From positions 96,001-160,000 of the IMG/VR virus record IMGVR_UViG_3300028887_000075: 64,000 nucleotides of DNA; one strand, 5' to 3'. Below, one piece after another: positions 46,598-56,768 of this stretch. Position numbers and translations under genes: made by a program. The notes under the pieces were generated by a model. It was not told where the DNA came from and searched no databases. It saw only the letters and a list, made by a program, of their open reading frames with translations. Positions within the stretch are counted from its first letter, which is position 1. Every line of letters begins with the position of its first letter. This stretch comes from a virus (lineage: Duplodnaviria; Caudoviricetes).

Positions 46598-49500
46598 ATG
46601 GCAACTAGGATGGGAAGTCCCGGAGTCCGCATAGAGCTCCACGACAAGTCCGGCTACAGCCTGGTCGAGACCCCGAACGCTGTCGCAGGCGTGGTTGGCT
46701 TCGCCCCGAAGGGGGAACTGAACAAGATTCAGAAGCTCACCAATACCGCTGAGCAGGACATGTACTTCGGCCTCGGCTTCAACAACTCCCGGTTCAACCA
46801 GGGAATGTACGCGGCCCGCGCCGTCATCAACGCCGGCGGTCACGTCGAGTTCGTCCGCCCCTACGGCGAGGAAATCGACAAGACCGACGACTTCAAGCGC
46901 GACCTGAAGACCGACGCATATGTCGTTGCTTTCGACCGCGACGCCATCAACAACGACCAGAACGCGGACAAGACCTCCCTGAAGATGGAGTACTTCGCGT
47001 CCACCCGTTACAAGGTCGACGGTGCCGCCAGGTACGGTGCTACCCGCAAGATTAACAATATTGCGGAAACAATCGTCAAGAACAGCAACGTGGACTTCAA
47101 CCTGGATGCCTCCGAAGATTTCACCAAGGAAGCGAACTGGGAAGCCAACAACGGCGTTGCCAGGGGCAAGACCGATACGGTCCTCTTCAGCATCATGAAT
47201 GCCGACCCGAGCGGAGCCAACCGTGCGTACAGTACGTTCCCGGTCAGTGCGGCCGATGCCACCAAGAAGGCTGACGGCGTCCTGGTTGTCACCTGTGCCT
47301 CCAAGGTCGGGTTCGCCGTGGGTGATACCGTATACGGCCCCATGGGCAAGCTCAAGGTCCTCGGCAAGTTCGAGGTTACCAGCATCGTCGACAAGAAGGT
47401 CACCATCGAGGCGGCCGACGAGGATACCAGGACCGCAGTGGGAACACTGGGAGGAATCCCGGAAGTCCTCATCTACAGCGAGGGTGCCGACGCGGTGAAC
47501 ACCGGGAGCGACTACCTGACTGTCAAGACCGCGGTCACAGGTGCCGGTGCCAAGACGTTCAGCGCCATCCAGCTCGACGATGCCGGACTGGCTATGCTCA
47601 AGGGAACCGATGCATCCAACAAGGTCTATTCCGGTACGCCAATCGAGTTCGCCAATTCCGAAGGCGAGGCGGTATACGTCCGTATCGACAACGGCGTCAA
47701 GATGGAAGCTGACTTGGATATTGCCGATGGCATCGTTACTGCGACCATCAATGCCAAGAAGGCCGCTGCACTGTTCGTTGGCGATGTCGTCATTGCTGAA
47801 TGGACGCAGTCTAACGAAAAGAAGACCGCCGAGCTTACTGTATTGTCAGTGACTGACACGACCGCTACGTTAAGTACTGCAACCGAGATTTCTGCGAGTA
47901 CGCTCAATGGTGCCACATTGACCAGCCTCCGGGAGAACTGGGCTGATTCAGTTAACACCCTTGCCCTGGTGGTCAATGCCGATTCCACGGTTAAGAGCGT
48001 GGCAGAGGACATCGTTGCCCTGGCCGGAAGCGAGGAAATCGGCTTCGGTGTGGCGCCGACCATCGGTGACATTATAGAAGTCAGCGCTACCGACCGTACG
48101 GTTGTTACGTTGGCTCCGGGAGCAGCAATCGAGTTCGTTGTCGGCGACCGTGTCGCCGTTACTCGTAGCAGTGTGGCAATCGGAAGTGAAACTTCCTATA
48201 CCACATATAGCGCTACGACCGATGCGGAATTCGGCAAGACCCCGATTGTCATGGTCACCACGGTAAAGAGCTCCGACCCGATTACCAACACGGTCGTGCT
48301 CAATGACGCGGTCCCGGCCGATGAAGATGCCGACATCGGCAAGCAGCTTCTCAACCTCACCCAGACAACCCGTACGGTATTTGCTGCCAAGGACAGCTAC
48401 ACCTACGTGGCCGACCCGGTTAGTGTTACGAATATTAGCAAGGCGCAAGCTGCTGATGCAGCATGGACAGAGGCGGGAACCAATATCTATACGACGGATA
48501 TTGTTGTCACTGGGACAACTACCGATGCTTCGGTAGCCGGTTGCACTGAGGTTACGTTTAAAACCCAGAAGCTGGAAGGTACGGAACTTGTTGTTGATAC
48601 CAGGACGGTTGAATGTACGTTATCGAAGACCGGTGATACGTATACGCTAACGTTCCGCGTTAATGGGGTTTACCTGAGTTCGGAACAGGTGCCGGTTAGT
48701 GCTGATGGCGTAGAAATAGACAATGTCCAGGCATTAATCTCGGTTCCAAACGTCAAGGAATACGCTGACATCTACTTCGTCGGTAACTTCACTGTTTCCG
48801 TCCCGAGGGCTACCCAGGATGCCACCACGATTGTCAAGCTCGACAACATCGTGGCGGGTAGCAAGGGCACCGCGAAGGTTCCGTTCCAGTACACCCCGGC
48901 GATTGCCACGGAGTCTTCCGCGGTGGTCGAACGTTCCGAGAAGGTCCTTACCGATACCTCAATCGGTGCCACCTTCGTCGGTCTCGGACTCGCCAACATC
49001 CGCTACATGGACGTGAACTTTACCGGCTCCACGGTCAAGGTCTACGACCTTACTGAGGAAGGTGAAGCTGTCGCAAGGCTCTACCTCTCGGTGGCCTACA
49101 TGTACAACGGTGTCCGCTACGAGTTCGACGGTACAATCATCAAGTACGTGTACAACGACATCCAGCTCTACATCGGCGATACCGCCGAACGCGAGCTCGT
49201 GGGTAGCGGCGTGCAGTTCGTGCTGAATGACAGCGGCGAGCTCGACATGTTCCTCGAAGACAACTCCTACGACCTATCCGGCACGGTGATGGGCGGCAAG
49301 CCGTCCAGCACGATGACCTGCGTGTCGTTCAACGAGAACGACCCGGCAATCATCAATAACGCCGTGTGGACGTATGACCCGAAGAACAACATGAACACCA
49401 GCACGCTCTCCAACGCGTTCAACCTGTTCATTGACAAGGACAAGTCCGATGTGACGTTCTTCGTCGGTGCAGGTCTCGGCATCAACAACTTCGGTATGCG

Positions 49501-50347
49501 CAAGTACGAGACGCTGAACACGCAGCTCATGCAGGCCGTGTTGAGCATCTGCGAACTCCGCAAGGACTGCTTCGCTCTGTTCGATGGTGTTGCCGAACCG
49601 CGTATCGAGCAGGCTCTCAAGCTTGACTCTCCGGCAAGCCGCTTCGGTTCTACCCTCGGCCGCTGGGGTGCAATCTATGACGCCCGTCCGATTTTCGCTG
49701 ACCGAGTGGTCACGATGTCCAACGTCGAGGCTGCCCCGTCCATCGCGATGGCTTCCCTCATCACGGCCAACCGCCGCGGGGCCATCTGGTGGCACGTACC
49801 GGCTGGCGAGGACACCGGCATGATTCCTGGCGCATGGTGCACCAAGGTCAAGTACGAACGTACCTTCAACATTCCTGAGGACCCGGATTCCGATATCGCC
49901 CGTCTGTGCGACATCCATGTGAACCCGTTCCGCACGAACAAGAAGGGCATCTACGCGTTCGGTGACTTCACCATGCAGATGGAAGACACCGCGTTCAACG
50001 CGATTAACGTGACGATGCTCGTTGCCGGTATCCACAAGATGTACTACGACTATCTCGACTCCAAGGTGTTCCGTCTGAACACGGCCGCGCTCCGCGCCCA
50101 GATTACGACGGACCTGCAGGAAAAGCTCGACGAGATTATCTCGTCCAATCCTGCCGGACTCGAGTATGGCGTGGTCACCTGCGACGACACCAACAACACG
50201 CCGGAAGTCATCAAGGCCCACAAGCTCTTTGTTGACCTTGACCTCATCCCGACTGCAAGCACCCGGTACATCACCCTTCGCACGAACGTCCTTTCCAGGA
50301 CGAACGGCAAGACGATATCCACCGAAATCAGCACGCGTAACCGCTAA
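46598..50347 (+). CDS. contractile tail sheath protein with large internal insertions
   Basis: SPGVRIELHDKS, GVVGFAPKG, RKDCFALFD, WWHVPAG, VNPF, INVTML and VTCDDTNNTPEVI motifs. Confidence 0.93.
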   Translation: MATRMGSPGVRIELHDKSGYSLVETPNAVAGVVGFAPKGELNKIQKLTNTAEQDMYFGLGFNNSRFNQGMYAARAVINAGGHVEFVRPYGEEIDKTDDFKRDLKTDAYVVAFDRDAINNDQNADKTSLKMEYFASTRYKVDGAARYGATRKINNIAETIVKNSNVDFNLDASEDFTKEANWEANNGVARGKTDTVLFSIMNADPSGANRAYSTFPVSAADATKKADGVLVVTCASKVGFAVGDTVYGPMGKLKVLGKFEVTSIVDKKVTIEAADEDTRTAVGTLGGIPEVLIYSEGADAVNTGSDYLTVKTAVTGAGAKTFSAIQLDDAGLAMLKGTDASNKVYSGTPIEFANSEGEAVYVRIDNGVKMEADLDIADGIVTATINAKKAAALFVGDVVIAEWTQSNEKKTAELTVLSVTDTTATLSTATEISASTLNGATLTSLRENWADSVNTLALVVNADSTVKSVAEDIVALAGSEEIGFGVAPTIGDIIEVSATDRTVVTLAPGAAIEFVVGDRVAVTRSSVAIGSETSYTTYSATTDAEFGKTPIVMVTTVKSSDPITNTVVLNDAVPADEDADIGKQLLNLTQTTRTVFAAKDSYTYVADPVSVTNISKAQAADAAWTEAGTNIYTTDIVVTGTTTDASVAGCTEVTFKTQKLEGTELVVDTRTVECTLSKTGDTYTLTFRVNGVYLSSEQVPVSADGVEIDNVQALISVPNVKEYADIYFVGNFTVSVPRATQDATTIVKLDNIVAGSKGTAKVPFQYTPAIATESSAVVERSEKVLTDTSIGATFVGLGLANIRYMDVNFTGSTVKVYDLTEEGEAVARLYLSVAYMYNGVRYEFDGTIIKYVYNDIQLYIGDTAERELVGSGVQFVLNDSGELDMFLEDNSYDLSGTVMGGKPSSTMTCVSFNENDPAIINNAVWTYDPKNNMNTSTLSNAFNLFIDKDKSDVTFFVGAGLGINNFGMRKYETLNTQLMQAVLSICELRKDCFALFDGVAEPRIEQALKLDSPASRFGSTLGRWGAIYDARPIFADRVVTMSNVEAAPSIAMASLITANRRGAIWWHVPAGEDTGMIPGAWCTKVKYERTFNIPEDPDSDIARLCDIHVNPFRTNKKGIYAFGDFTMQMEDTAFNAINVTMLVAGIHKMYYDYLDSKVFRLNTAALRAQITTDLQEKLDEIISSNPAGLEYGVVTCDDTNNTPEVIKAHKLFVDLDLIPTASTRYITLRTNVLSRTNGKTISTEISTRNR

Positions 50348-50365
50348 TAAAAGGAGGACTAGAAT

Positions 50366-51103
50366 ATGTCAACTTACGGACTCGACATTAGCGACAAGAA
50401 GAAGGTATTCTATGCTGCGAACATCGACAAGCTGCCGGACCCGGTGCGAAGCACCCGCTGGCGCATGTGCGTGGACCAGGGTATCTTCAAGGCAATCGGC
50501 ATCAAGCCCTCCAACGGCGAGGACTTCGGTACCAACCCGGAAACTGCGAAGGAGTTCACCCTTCACATATCCAGCGGGGCCAAGATTCCCGATGCGAACA
50601 TCAAGGCGGACAAGATATGGTACATGGGATACGAGAAGAAGTACCCCGTGCAGCAGGAACAGCTGGCTGGCAGTATGCCTATCACCGCCCTTCTCCTTGA
50701 AGACGGCCGTGCATACGAGACCATGATGGCCTGGAACCAGTGCTGCCTCAACAGTGGTATCCTGAATACAAAGGGTACCGGGGACACGAACTCCGATACG
50801 AACCGAATCGAGCAGGGCAACAACAAGCTCTACCTCGGTCTCGGCCAGCAGGAGAACTACGGTAACTCTACCGCGGTGCTCCTCCGTAACGCCCACGTGA
50901 CCCTGGAACTCTACGACTGGATGTACGGCGACGTCATCATGGGCATCAGGCTCATTAACGCCTGGCCGTCTAAGGTTGGTGTCAGTGATAGTCTTACCTA
51001 TGACAGTGCCAAGCTGATGCACTTCCAGTTCACCCTGGAGTACGACAGGTGGAACATCTGGTTCAACCCGAACTACAAGGTCATCGGCGCTGGCAACAAG
51101 TAG
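50366..51103 (+). CDS. tail tube protein (gp19-like)
   Basis: Follows the sheath; LINAWPSKVG...LTYD...FQFTLEYD. Confidence 0.88.
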   Translation: MSTYGLDISDKKKVFYAANIDKLPDPVRSTRWRMCVDQGIFKAIGIKPSNGEDFGTNPETAKEFTLHISSGAKIPDANIKADKIWYMGYEKKYPVQQEQLAGSMPITALLLEDGRAYETMMAWNQCCLNSGILNTKGTGDTNSDTNRIEQGNNKLYLGLGQQENYGNSTAVLLRNAHVTLELYDWMYGDVIMGIRLINAWPSKVGVSDSLTYDSAKLMHFQFTLEYDRWNIWFNPNYKVIGAGNK

Positions 51104-51125
51104 CCGTAGCCTACAAATTCAACTA

Positions 51126-51154
51126 GGGAGCCGGGAAACCGGTTCCCTTTTCTT
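51126..51154 (+). terminator. intrinsic terminator
   Basis: GGGAGCCGG-GAAA-CCGGTTCCC followed by TTTTCTT. Confidence 0.85.
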
Positions 51155-51199
51155 GCAATTTCTGGAACAATAATGTATTTTTGAAGCAGAGGAAATTAT

Positions 51200-51727
51200 A
51201 TGGCTGCAGGATTTCATATAGACGAGGACGCACTCAACGAGATGGTGGGCGACCAGAACGCCCCGGTTAACATCCAGATGCAGAGGCTGCGCGAATGGTG
51301 CGCTAATGCTCTTAGGACTACAAACGAGAAGGGCGAGGTGGATGCCCAGGTTGTTTACAATCAAGGCAACTACAACATGGGTGAAAACGCGGTGCACATC
51401 GCCATGCTCGCCTTCAAGAACAAGTTGAAACTAATCGCCCTAAAGAAGGAAGTAAAGACCAAGCGTAGCGAGGTGTACCAGAAGATGGCCACCACGAAGC
51501 ACAAGTGGATTCCCTCCAAGGAAGGGGAAACCATCATGGTCGAGGGTGACCCGGACCTTGCCGACCTCCAGGAACGCCTGGATTGCCAGGAGGAGTTCGT
51601 CAAGTTCCTGGAGGACATGCAGGACAAGATTCGCTATTATCCGAGGAACGCCGACGCCATGGTGCGCGTCCACAACTTCGGACAGGAAATCGGCCAGATT
51701 ATCGTGGGGGTACACAAATGGGGATAA
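51200..51727 (+). CDS. uvsY: UvsY-like recombination mediator
   Basis: Helical; VEGDPDLADLQ...FLEDMQDKIR pattern. Confidence 0.6.
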   Translation: MAAGFHIDEDALNEMVGDQNAPVNIQMQRLREWCANALRTTNEKGEVDAQVVYNQGNYNMGENAVHIAMLAFKNKLKLIALKKEVKTKRSEVYQKMATTKHKWIPSKEGETIMVEGDPDLADLQERLDCQEEFVKFLEDMQDKIRYYPRNADAMVRVHNFGQEIGQIIVGVHKWG

Positions 51728-51880
51728 TCAGGAAAATCAAGGAATTATTTCTCCCGGTACCTCCCGGTGAACTCCCGGAGCAGACCACTAGGCAGCTGGC
51801 GGAGGGCAAGGAGCCACTACCGGAAGGCAAGCCCAAGGAAACGAAAAGGGCACTACTGGGATAACTCAAGGAGACACATT

Positions 51881-52711
51881 ATGAATATAAGTCTGTTCAA
51901 GACATACCTGCCATATAACCGACAGGAGCCATTTGCACTTGCTGTGATGGGTAATTCTGCCCGTCGCAAGGTAAAGAAACTAAATTCTCGACTAAATAAG
52001 GTCATATTCGACCTTAGGCCATACAATTTACCGAAAATGAAATTCAATGAACTATTTAAATTAAAGGTTACACGGGATTTTCGGTCACCAATCGACACGA
52101 CGATTGACTTCAAAGTCACCTATGTAGGAATCGAGCTTAATCCTAGCAGCCGGCATGACCTAATATCCTTTTGTGCGAGATTGATAAAATATGATGATGG
52201 CTGTCTACGTAGTCAACTATATGCGTGGCAGTTAGCATGTGATAATATATTCGGTGGCATGATGGATTGCCTTACGTCATTTCTCCGGTTTCTTCTTGAG
52301 GATTTATACGTGCAAAACCAACAGCTTTCATCTATACCTGACTCTATTGACGTGTGTTGTAAGTGGTGTGGCGACCTTAGACGTTACGCGTTATATGCTC
52401 ATACATATCCAAAAGATGTAGAGGTTCTCGTTGATGTGGCCAAGAAAACGAATATTAATGGACTTTATGAAGTTGATGCTGTGCAGGGATACGAACGGTA
52501 TATAATAGACGAGCTCGCTACGTCGGCCATTAAGAAGAAAATCAGTAATGCCGACCTTACCGAGCCTGATGCGAATGTGCTATTATTTCAACCATGGTAT
52601 GAACAATATATGGCGAATAAGGCATGGGTTGATAAGAAAAACAACTGCACAGAAACAATTGATAAGATATCTAAACGCATCATTGAACTTAAGGATGTAG
52701 CCAACACTTAA
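51881..52711 (+). CDS. AT-rich hypothetical protein
   Basis: AAGGAG RBS; atypical composition. Confidence 0.7.
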   Translation: MNISLFKTYLPYNRQEPFALAVMGNSARRKVKKLNSRLNKVIFDLRPYNLPKMKFNELFKLKVTRDFRSPIDTTIDFKVTYVGIELNPSSRHDLISFCARLIKYDDGCLRSQLYAWQLACDNIFGGMMDCLTSFLRFLLEDLYVQNQQLSSIPDSIDVCCKWCGDLRRYALYAHTYPKDVEVLVDVAKKTNINGLYEVDAVQGYERYIIDELATSAIKKKISNADLTEPDANVLLFQPWYEQYMANKAWVDKKNNCTETIDKISKRIIELKDVANT

Positions 52712-52811
52712 CGAATAAAGGATAGATTGAACATGGTTATAATCGAAACAATAGTGCCGTATTTGGTTCAGCAATGGAATGCATGTCGCAAACTAGAGAG
52801 TTCTGGGTATA

Positions 52812-52877
52812 ATGATATGCAGAAATCTAGAGTTTCTAAGTATGATGATATGCAGCAATCTAGAGTTTCTAAGTATG
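52812..52877. repeat. 33 bp tandem duplication (1 mismatch)
   Basis: ATGATATGCAG(A/C)AATCTAGAGTTTCTAAGTATG x2. Confidence 0.95.
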
Positions 52878-52929
52878 CAACAGGTTATACACGAAAATGG
52901 GCAAAGGTGTTGCGGGGAGTTTCGTTACG

Positions 52930-53706
52930 ATGAGCGAGAAGATACCTACAGATACGACGGACGCCTCCGAGCTGTTCGACGTAGACTTCGGGAGCAACCC
53001 GGTATCTTCCGGTACTCCCAAGGAAAATCCCAAGGATTCAGGCAAGAATCCCTACGAGGCGGTCGAGGACGTGCTGGGAATACCCCGCGGTTCCACCAAG
53101 GAGGGCATCGCCGCTGCCAAGAAGGAGGTCAAGCGCATCACCGACGAGGCCAAGAACCTCAAGGTGCAGAAGGATATCCTTGTCCGCAAGGAGAAGATGT
53201 CCGACACGCTCGACCTTGTGCCCGGTTTCAACATGGACGACCTGGCCAACGACCGGAAGGTGCTCCGCCAGGAGTACATGGAACTGTTCAGGCGCGGCAA
53301 GAGGATGCTCGACCGCATCGAGAAGGACGTGGAGGACCTGGTCAACCCGGAACCGGACGACTACGCCAACTACCAGAGGCAGTATCTCGCCCTCCTGAAG
53401 ACCCTGGACAGCATCCGGGGAGCGCTCGTTACCCTCCGGGAGGAGGAGGAGAAGGCCCTGCTTACCCGTGCGAAGGACGCTCCCGCAGGCATCGCCGGTG
53501 CGGGCGGGGAGTCCGCCGGGGGAGCCCAGGTTGCCGCCGACGGTTCAGTGGAGGTGACACCGCAGGACACCAACGCGTGGATTGCCAAGTGGACAGCCGA
53601 GCTGGATGCGGAGGTTGCCGACCAGATTCAGAAGGACTTCGACAACCGGAATGCGCCGAAGGCCATCACGGATGGCACCGGGGAACCTCCGGACAGTAAA
53701 GAATAA
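52930..53706 (+). CDS. probable terminase small subunit (gp16-like)
   Basis: DRKVLRQEYMELFRRGKRMLD...P..Y...LLKTLDSI helical hairpin resembles gp16. Confidence 0.45.
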   Translation: MSEKIPTDTTDASELFDVDFGSNPVSSGTPKENPKDSGKNPYEAVEDVLGIPRGSTKEGIAAAKKEVKRITDEAKNLKVQKDILVRKEKMSDTLDLVPGFNMDDLANDRKVLRQEYMELFRRGKRMLDRIEKDVEDLVNPEPDDYANYQRQYLALLKTLDSIRGALVTLREEEEKALLTRAKDAPAGIAGAGGESAGGAQVAADGSVEVTPQDTNAWIAKWTAELDAEVADQIQKDFDNRNAPKAITDGTGEPPDSKE

Positions 53707-53782
53707 TTTACTTGATTGCACCTACGATAATTAATACATTTTCATTAGCATGTGATAGTTTTGTAATACAAAAAATAAGACA

Positions 53783-55396
53783 ATGGAGATGCATATGCCC
53801 ACCGAGCGCCAGGTAGTGTCGGTTTCGCTAACTCAGCAACAAAGTGAATTCTTGAAGACTCGTCCAGAGGGACAGTCTCAGTTCATACAGAATCTAATAA
53901 ATGAATATATCGGGAAAGATGCTCTAGAGAAAGCCGGTATTCCGATATTGCCGACTGCCCTGGAGAAATATATAGTTGCAGAGGCGGAAACCGCTGTCAG
54001 GACTGACGGTAATAGCCCCACACATAATACATTCAGTTGGACTCCGGGTCCGGTTCCTGAAATGTGTCTAAGCATATTCCAGGAAGGCGGGCATGGGTTG
54101 AATGCATGGCTGGTATGTAGAATGACCCTAAACGGGATAAAGGATGCTAACGCGAACATGTATAAGCTCAGGGTGAATCTACATAGTAATGCCGTCCCCT
54201 GTGGCGAATACAGCATCATACACACAAAGAGCGACACATATGAGTTTTGGATAAGACCTGGTTCCGGCATAGAGAAAACGTTTTTCGGACTGAAGGATAA
54301 GCTCTATCCGGATGGGAATATTTGTTTTGACTCTAAACATGATAGCCATGTCGACATTGACAATACCGGAGATGCAATCTATCGGTCCCGGTTTAGATTA
54401 GTGGCATATTCCCCGATGGATAAATCTGTATGGAACCTGCCGGAGCTTTCATTGTACGTCAGCAAGATAGAGTTTGGCGAGCATGATGACCTATTCATCA
54501 CGTTCATTAATACAAACACTTTCTGTCTTCACAAATTCTGCAAGGTGGATAAGCATGAATGCATGACAACGGCATGCTATGTCACATTGGATATCAGTAG
54601 TTACGACTGGAAACTTGGGACGCTTGTTGAGACTACCAGGTACAATGTATGGGTATCGTGTCGGATACCAACAAGGTCCAGTTTAATGTACAACTCCTCG
54701 GAAGGTAACCCGGTTACCACTACTACCGTCCATTGTTTCATTGTAGATAGCGGTGACCCGGGCGAGATATGCATGGTTACTGGGGAAGATACCGCCAATG
54801 CCCGGAAAAACATATCAAAATTCACATATGACAATGAACTTGGGATGAGCCGGGGGCTGTATTGGAACAACCGTCGGGAAGACATTAATAGTAAGAAAAT
54901 TGACCATTATAGTCATGAAACGGTGGAAAATCTTGGCGGATATTGTATTTTTTCCGATAGTGACAAAGCGCGGATACTTAGTGCGATAGACAATGCAGAC
55001 CAGGAAAAGTCCGTCATAATACGGAGTAATAATGGAATGCAACCATACAAGGGGAGTTTCTATATTTCGGAAAGGGAATACCTGTATATTGAGGTAAACA
55101 GGTTATATGATGTTCCACAAGGCGCTCCAAATATAATAGTTAAGACCTCATGGACAACTACGATGACGGAAAATGATGTCATTAAGCATCAAACCTGGTG
55201 GCGCGGGGAGAACATTGGATGGTTAACTGACAGATTGGATGAATTACAAATATGCGAGCAGGAAATGTTTCCGTCCGCTGAAGAAATTGATATAGTCAAT
55301 CCACACCTAGCAGATGAATTGGCTAAAGCGCTAAGCTTGCAACATTCGGATGAAAATAAACGTGCAGATTTGCTGACCGCATCTGGATTAAAGTAA
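53783..55396 (+). CDS. AT-rich hypothetical protein with N-terminal ribbon-helix-helix-like segment
   Basis: VVSVSLTQQQSEFL...SQFIQNLINEY. Confidence 0.65.
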   Translation: MEMHMPTERQVVSVSLTQQQSEFLKTRPEGQSQFIQNLINEYIGKDALEKAGIPILPTALEKYIVAEAETAVRTDGNSPTHNTFSWTPGPVPEMCLSIFQEGGHGLNAWLVCRMTLNGIKDANANMYKLRVNLHSNAVPCGEYSIIHTKSDTYEFWIRPGSGIEKTFFGLKDKLYPDGNICFDSKHDSHVDIDNTGDAIYRSRFRLVAYSPMDKSVWNLPELSLYVSKIEFGEHDDLFITFINTNTFCLHKFCKVDKHECMTTACYVTLDISSYDWKLGTLVETTRYNVWVSCRIPTRSSLMYNSSEGNPVTTTTVHCFIVDSGDPGEICMVTGEDTANARKNISKFTYDNELGMSRGLYWNNRREDINSKKIDHYSHETVENLGGYCIFSDSDKARILSAIDNADQEKSVIIRSNNGMQPYKGSFYISEREYLYIEVNRLYDVPQGAPNIIVKTSWTTTMTENDVIKHQTWWRGENIGWLTDRLDELQICEQEMFPSAEEIDIVNPHLADELAKALSLQHSDENKRADLLTASGLK

Positions 55397-55605
55397 GATT
55401 CTATCAAGACTCGGAATGAACTTATCGCTGATTGGTTGAACGAGTATTCATGTCAGAACGGCGACCAGGGCATGACAAAAATATATCATACCGGATGAGT
55501 CAAGGATAGGCCGATATAGAGGGCTTTCTATTCGTCTAATCAAGGATTAATTTGCTATATTTGGGGGTACCGCTGGTCGGTACCCTTTATTTTTTGGAGA
55601 TTTGT

Positions 55606-56721
55606 ATGCAGATTGGTATAGTTGGAGACCTCCACCTCGGCCCGAAGTGCCAGAAGACACCTATCAAGGACGCCGTAGTGGCCGGGCAGAAGGCCCTGCA
55701 CAAGCTGATGATTGAGGATTTCCGCTCCCGCGGTATCAAGACGGTGCTATTCAGTGGCGACGTGTTCACCGTGCATGCCTTCATGACCATCGACGTGATG
55801 GCCTACGCGATACAACTGTTCCGGGACGACATGAAGGACTTCGACATCCATGTAATTGCCGGAAATCACGACTATGTCTACGAGAACAGGGACTCTCTTA
55901 CCTCCCTGCAGCTGCTGGAACTCCTCCCGAACGTCCACGTGTACCGCACCTCGATAGTTCCCCTGGAACTCCTGGGCAAGAAGTGGTACATGGTGCCCTG
56001 GATTTTCCCGGACAAGATGGAGGCGACCAGCGAGTGGCTCTCCAAGTTATCCAGGCAGGCGAAGGCGAAGCGCGAGAATACCGTCCTGTTCGGCCATTTC
56101 GACATAATGGACATGCTGATGGAGGCCGGACAGGTTTCTACCGAGGGCCTGCCCCCGGAGAAGTTCTACAAGGCGGCCAGCCATACCTTCAGTGGCCACT
56201 ACCACTGCCGTTCCTTCAACAAGGGCAAGGACGCCGACTCGTCAATCCTCTACATGGGCACCCCGTATCACCTGTCGTTCGCTCACGTTGGGACGGACTG
56301 CGGGTACTATATCCTGGACGACAAGATGGAGATAGAGTTCGTAGAGAACAAGGTATCCCCGAGGTTCATCGACGTGGACGACGAGCACCTGGAGGGACTG
56401 GGGGACCTGTCCAACTGCATCGTGAGGTACTTCTCGCTGAACGGGCGAAACTTCGACGAGGCGGTGGCCCGCAAGAAGGTCCTGATGGACGCCCACCCGA
56501 TTTACGTAAATACCGTATGCTACGGTGGCGCCGCCGGTGACATCGACGATGCCCGCCGGGTGGATGACGAGGAGGCCCGGAAGCTGCTGGGAGCGGACAA
56601 CCTGACCATGGCGAGCATGTACATGGACAAGTTCCCCGAGCAGCTGCCCACTTTCTGGTCCGGGGAGGACCCGAAAAAGAAGATAATGCAGATTTTGAGC
56701 ACCTACGGCGAAAAAATCTAG
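55606..56721 (+). CDS. gp47/Mre11/SbcD-like recombination nuclease
   Basis: GDLHLG, GDVF, GNHD, FGHF, SGHYH and YMGTPY motifs. Confidence 0.92.
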   Translation: MQIGIVGDLHLGPKCQKTPIKDAVVAGQKALHKLMIEDFRSRGIKTVLFSGDVFTVHAFMTIDVMAYAIQLFRDDMKDFDIHVIAGNHDYVYENRDSLTSLQLLELLPNVHVYRTSIVPLELLGKKWYMVPWIFPDKMEATSEWLSKLSRQAKAKRENTVLFGHFDIMDMLMEAGQVSTEGLPPEKFYKAASHTFSGHYHCRSFNKGKDADSSILYMGTPYHLSFAHVGTDCGYYILDDKMEIEFVENKVSPRFIDVDDEHLEGLGDLSNCIVRYFSLNGRNFDEAVARKKVLMDAHPIYVNTVCYGGAAGDIDDARRVDDEEARKLLGADNLTMASMYMDKFPEQLPTFWSGEDPKKKIMQILSTYGEKI

Positions 56722-56768
56722 CGCAAATGCATTAGTTTCCTGAGCAAAGACAAGGAAACTTTTGCATT

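Noticed and set aside
36717-52877. 24 bp and 33 bp direct repeats as a CRISPR array
   Set aside because: Only two adjacent copies each, no spacers and no cas genes
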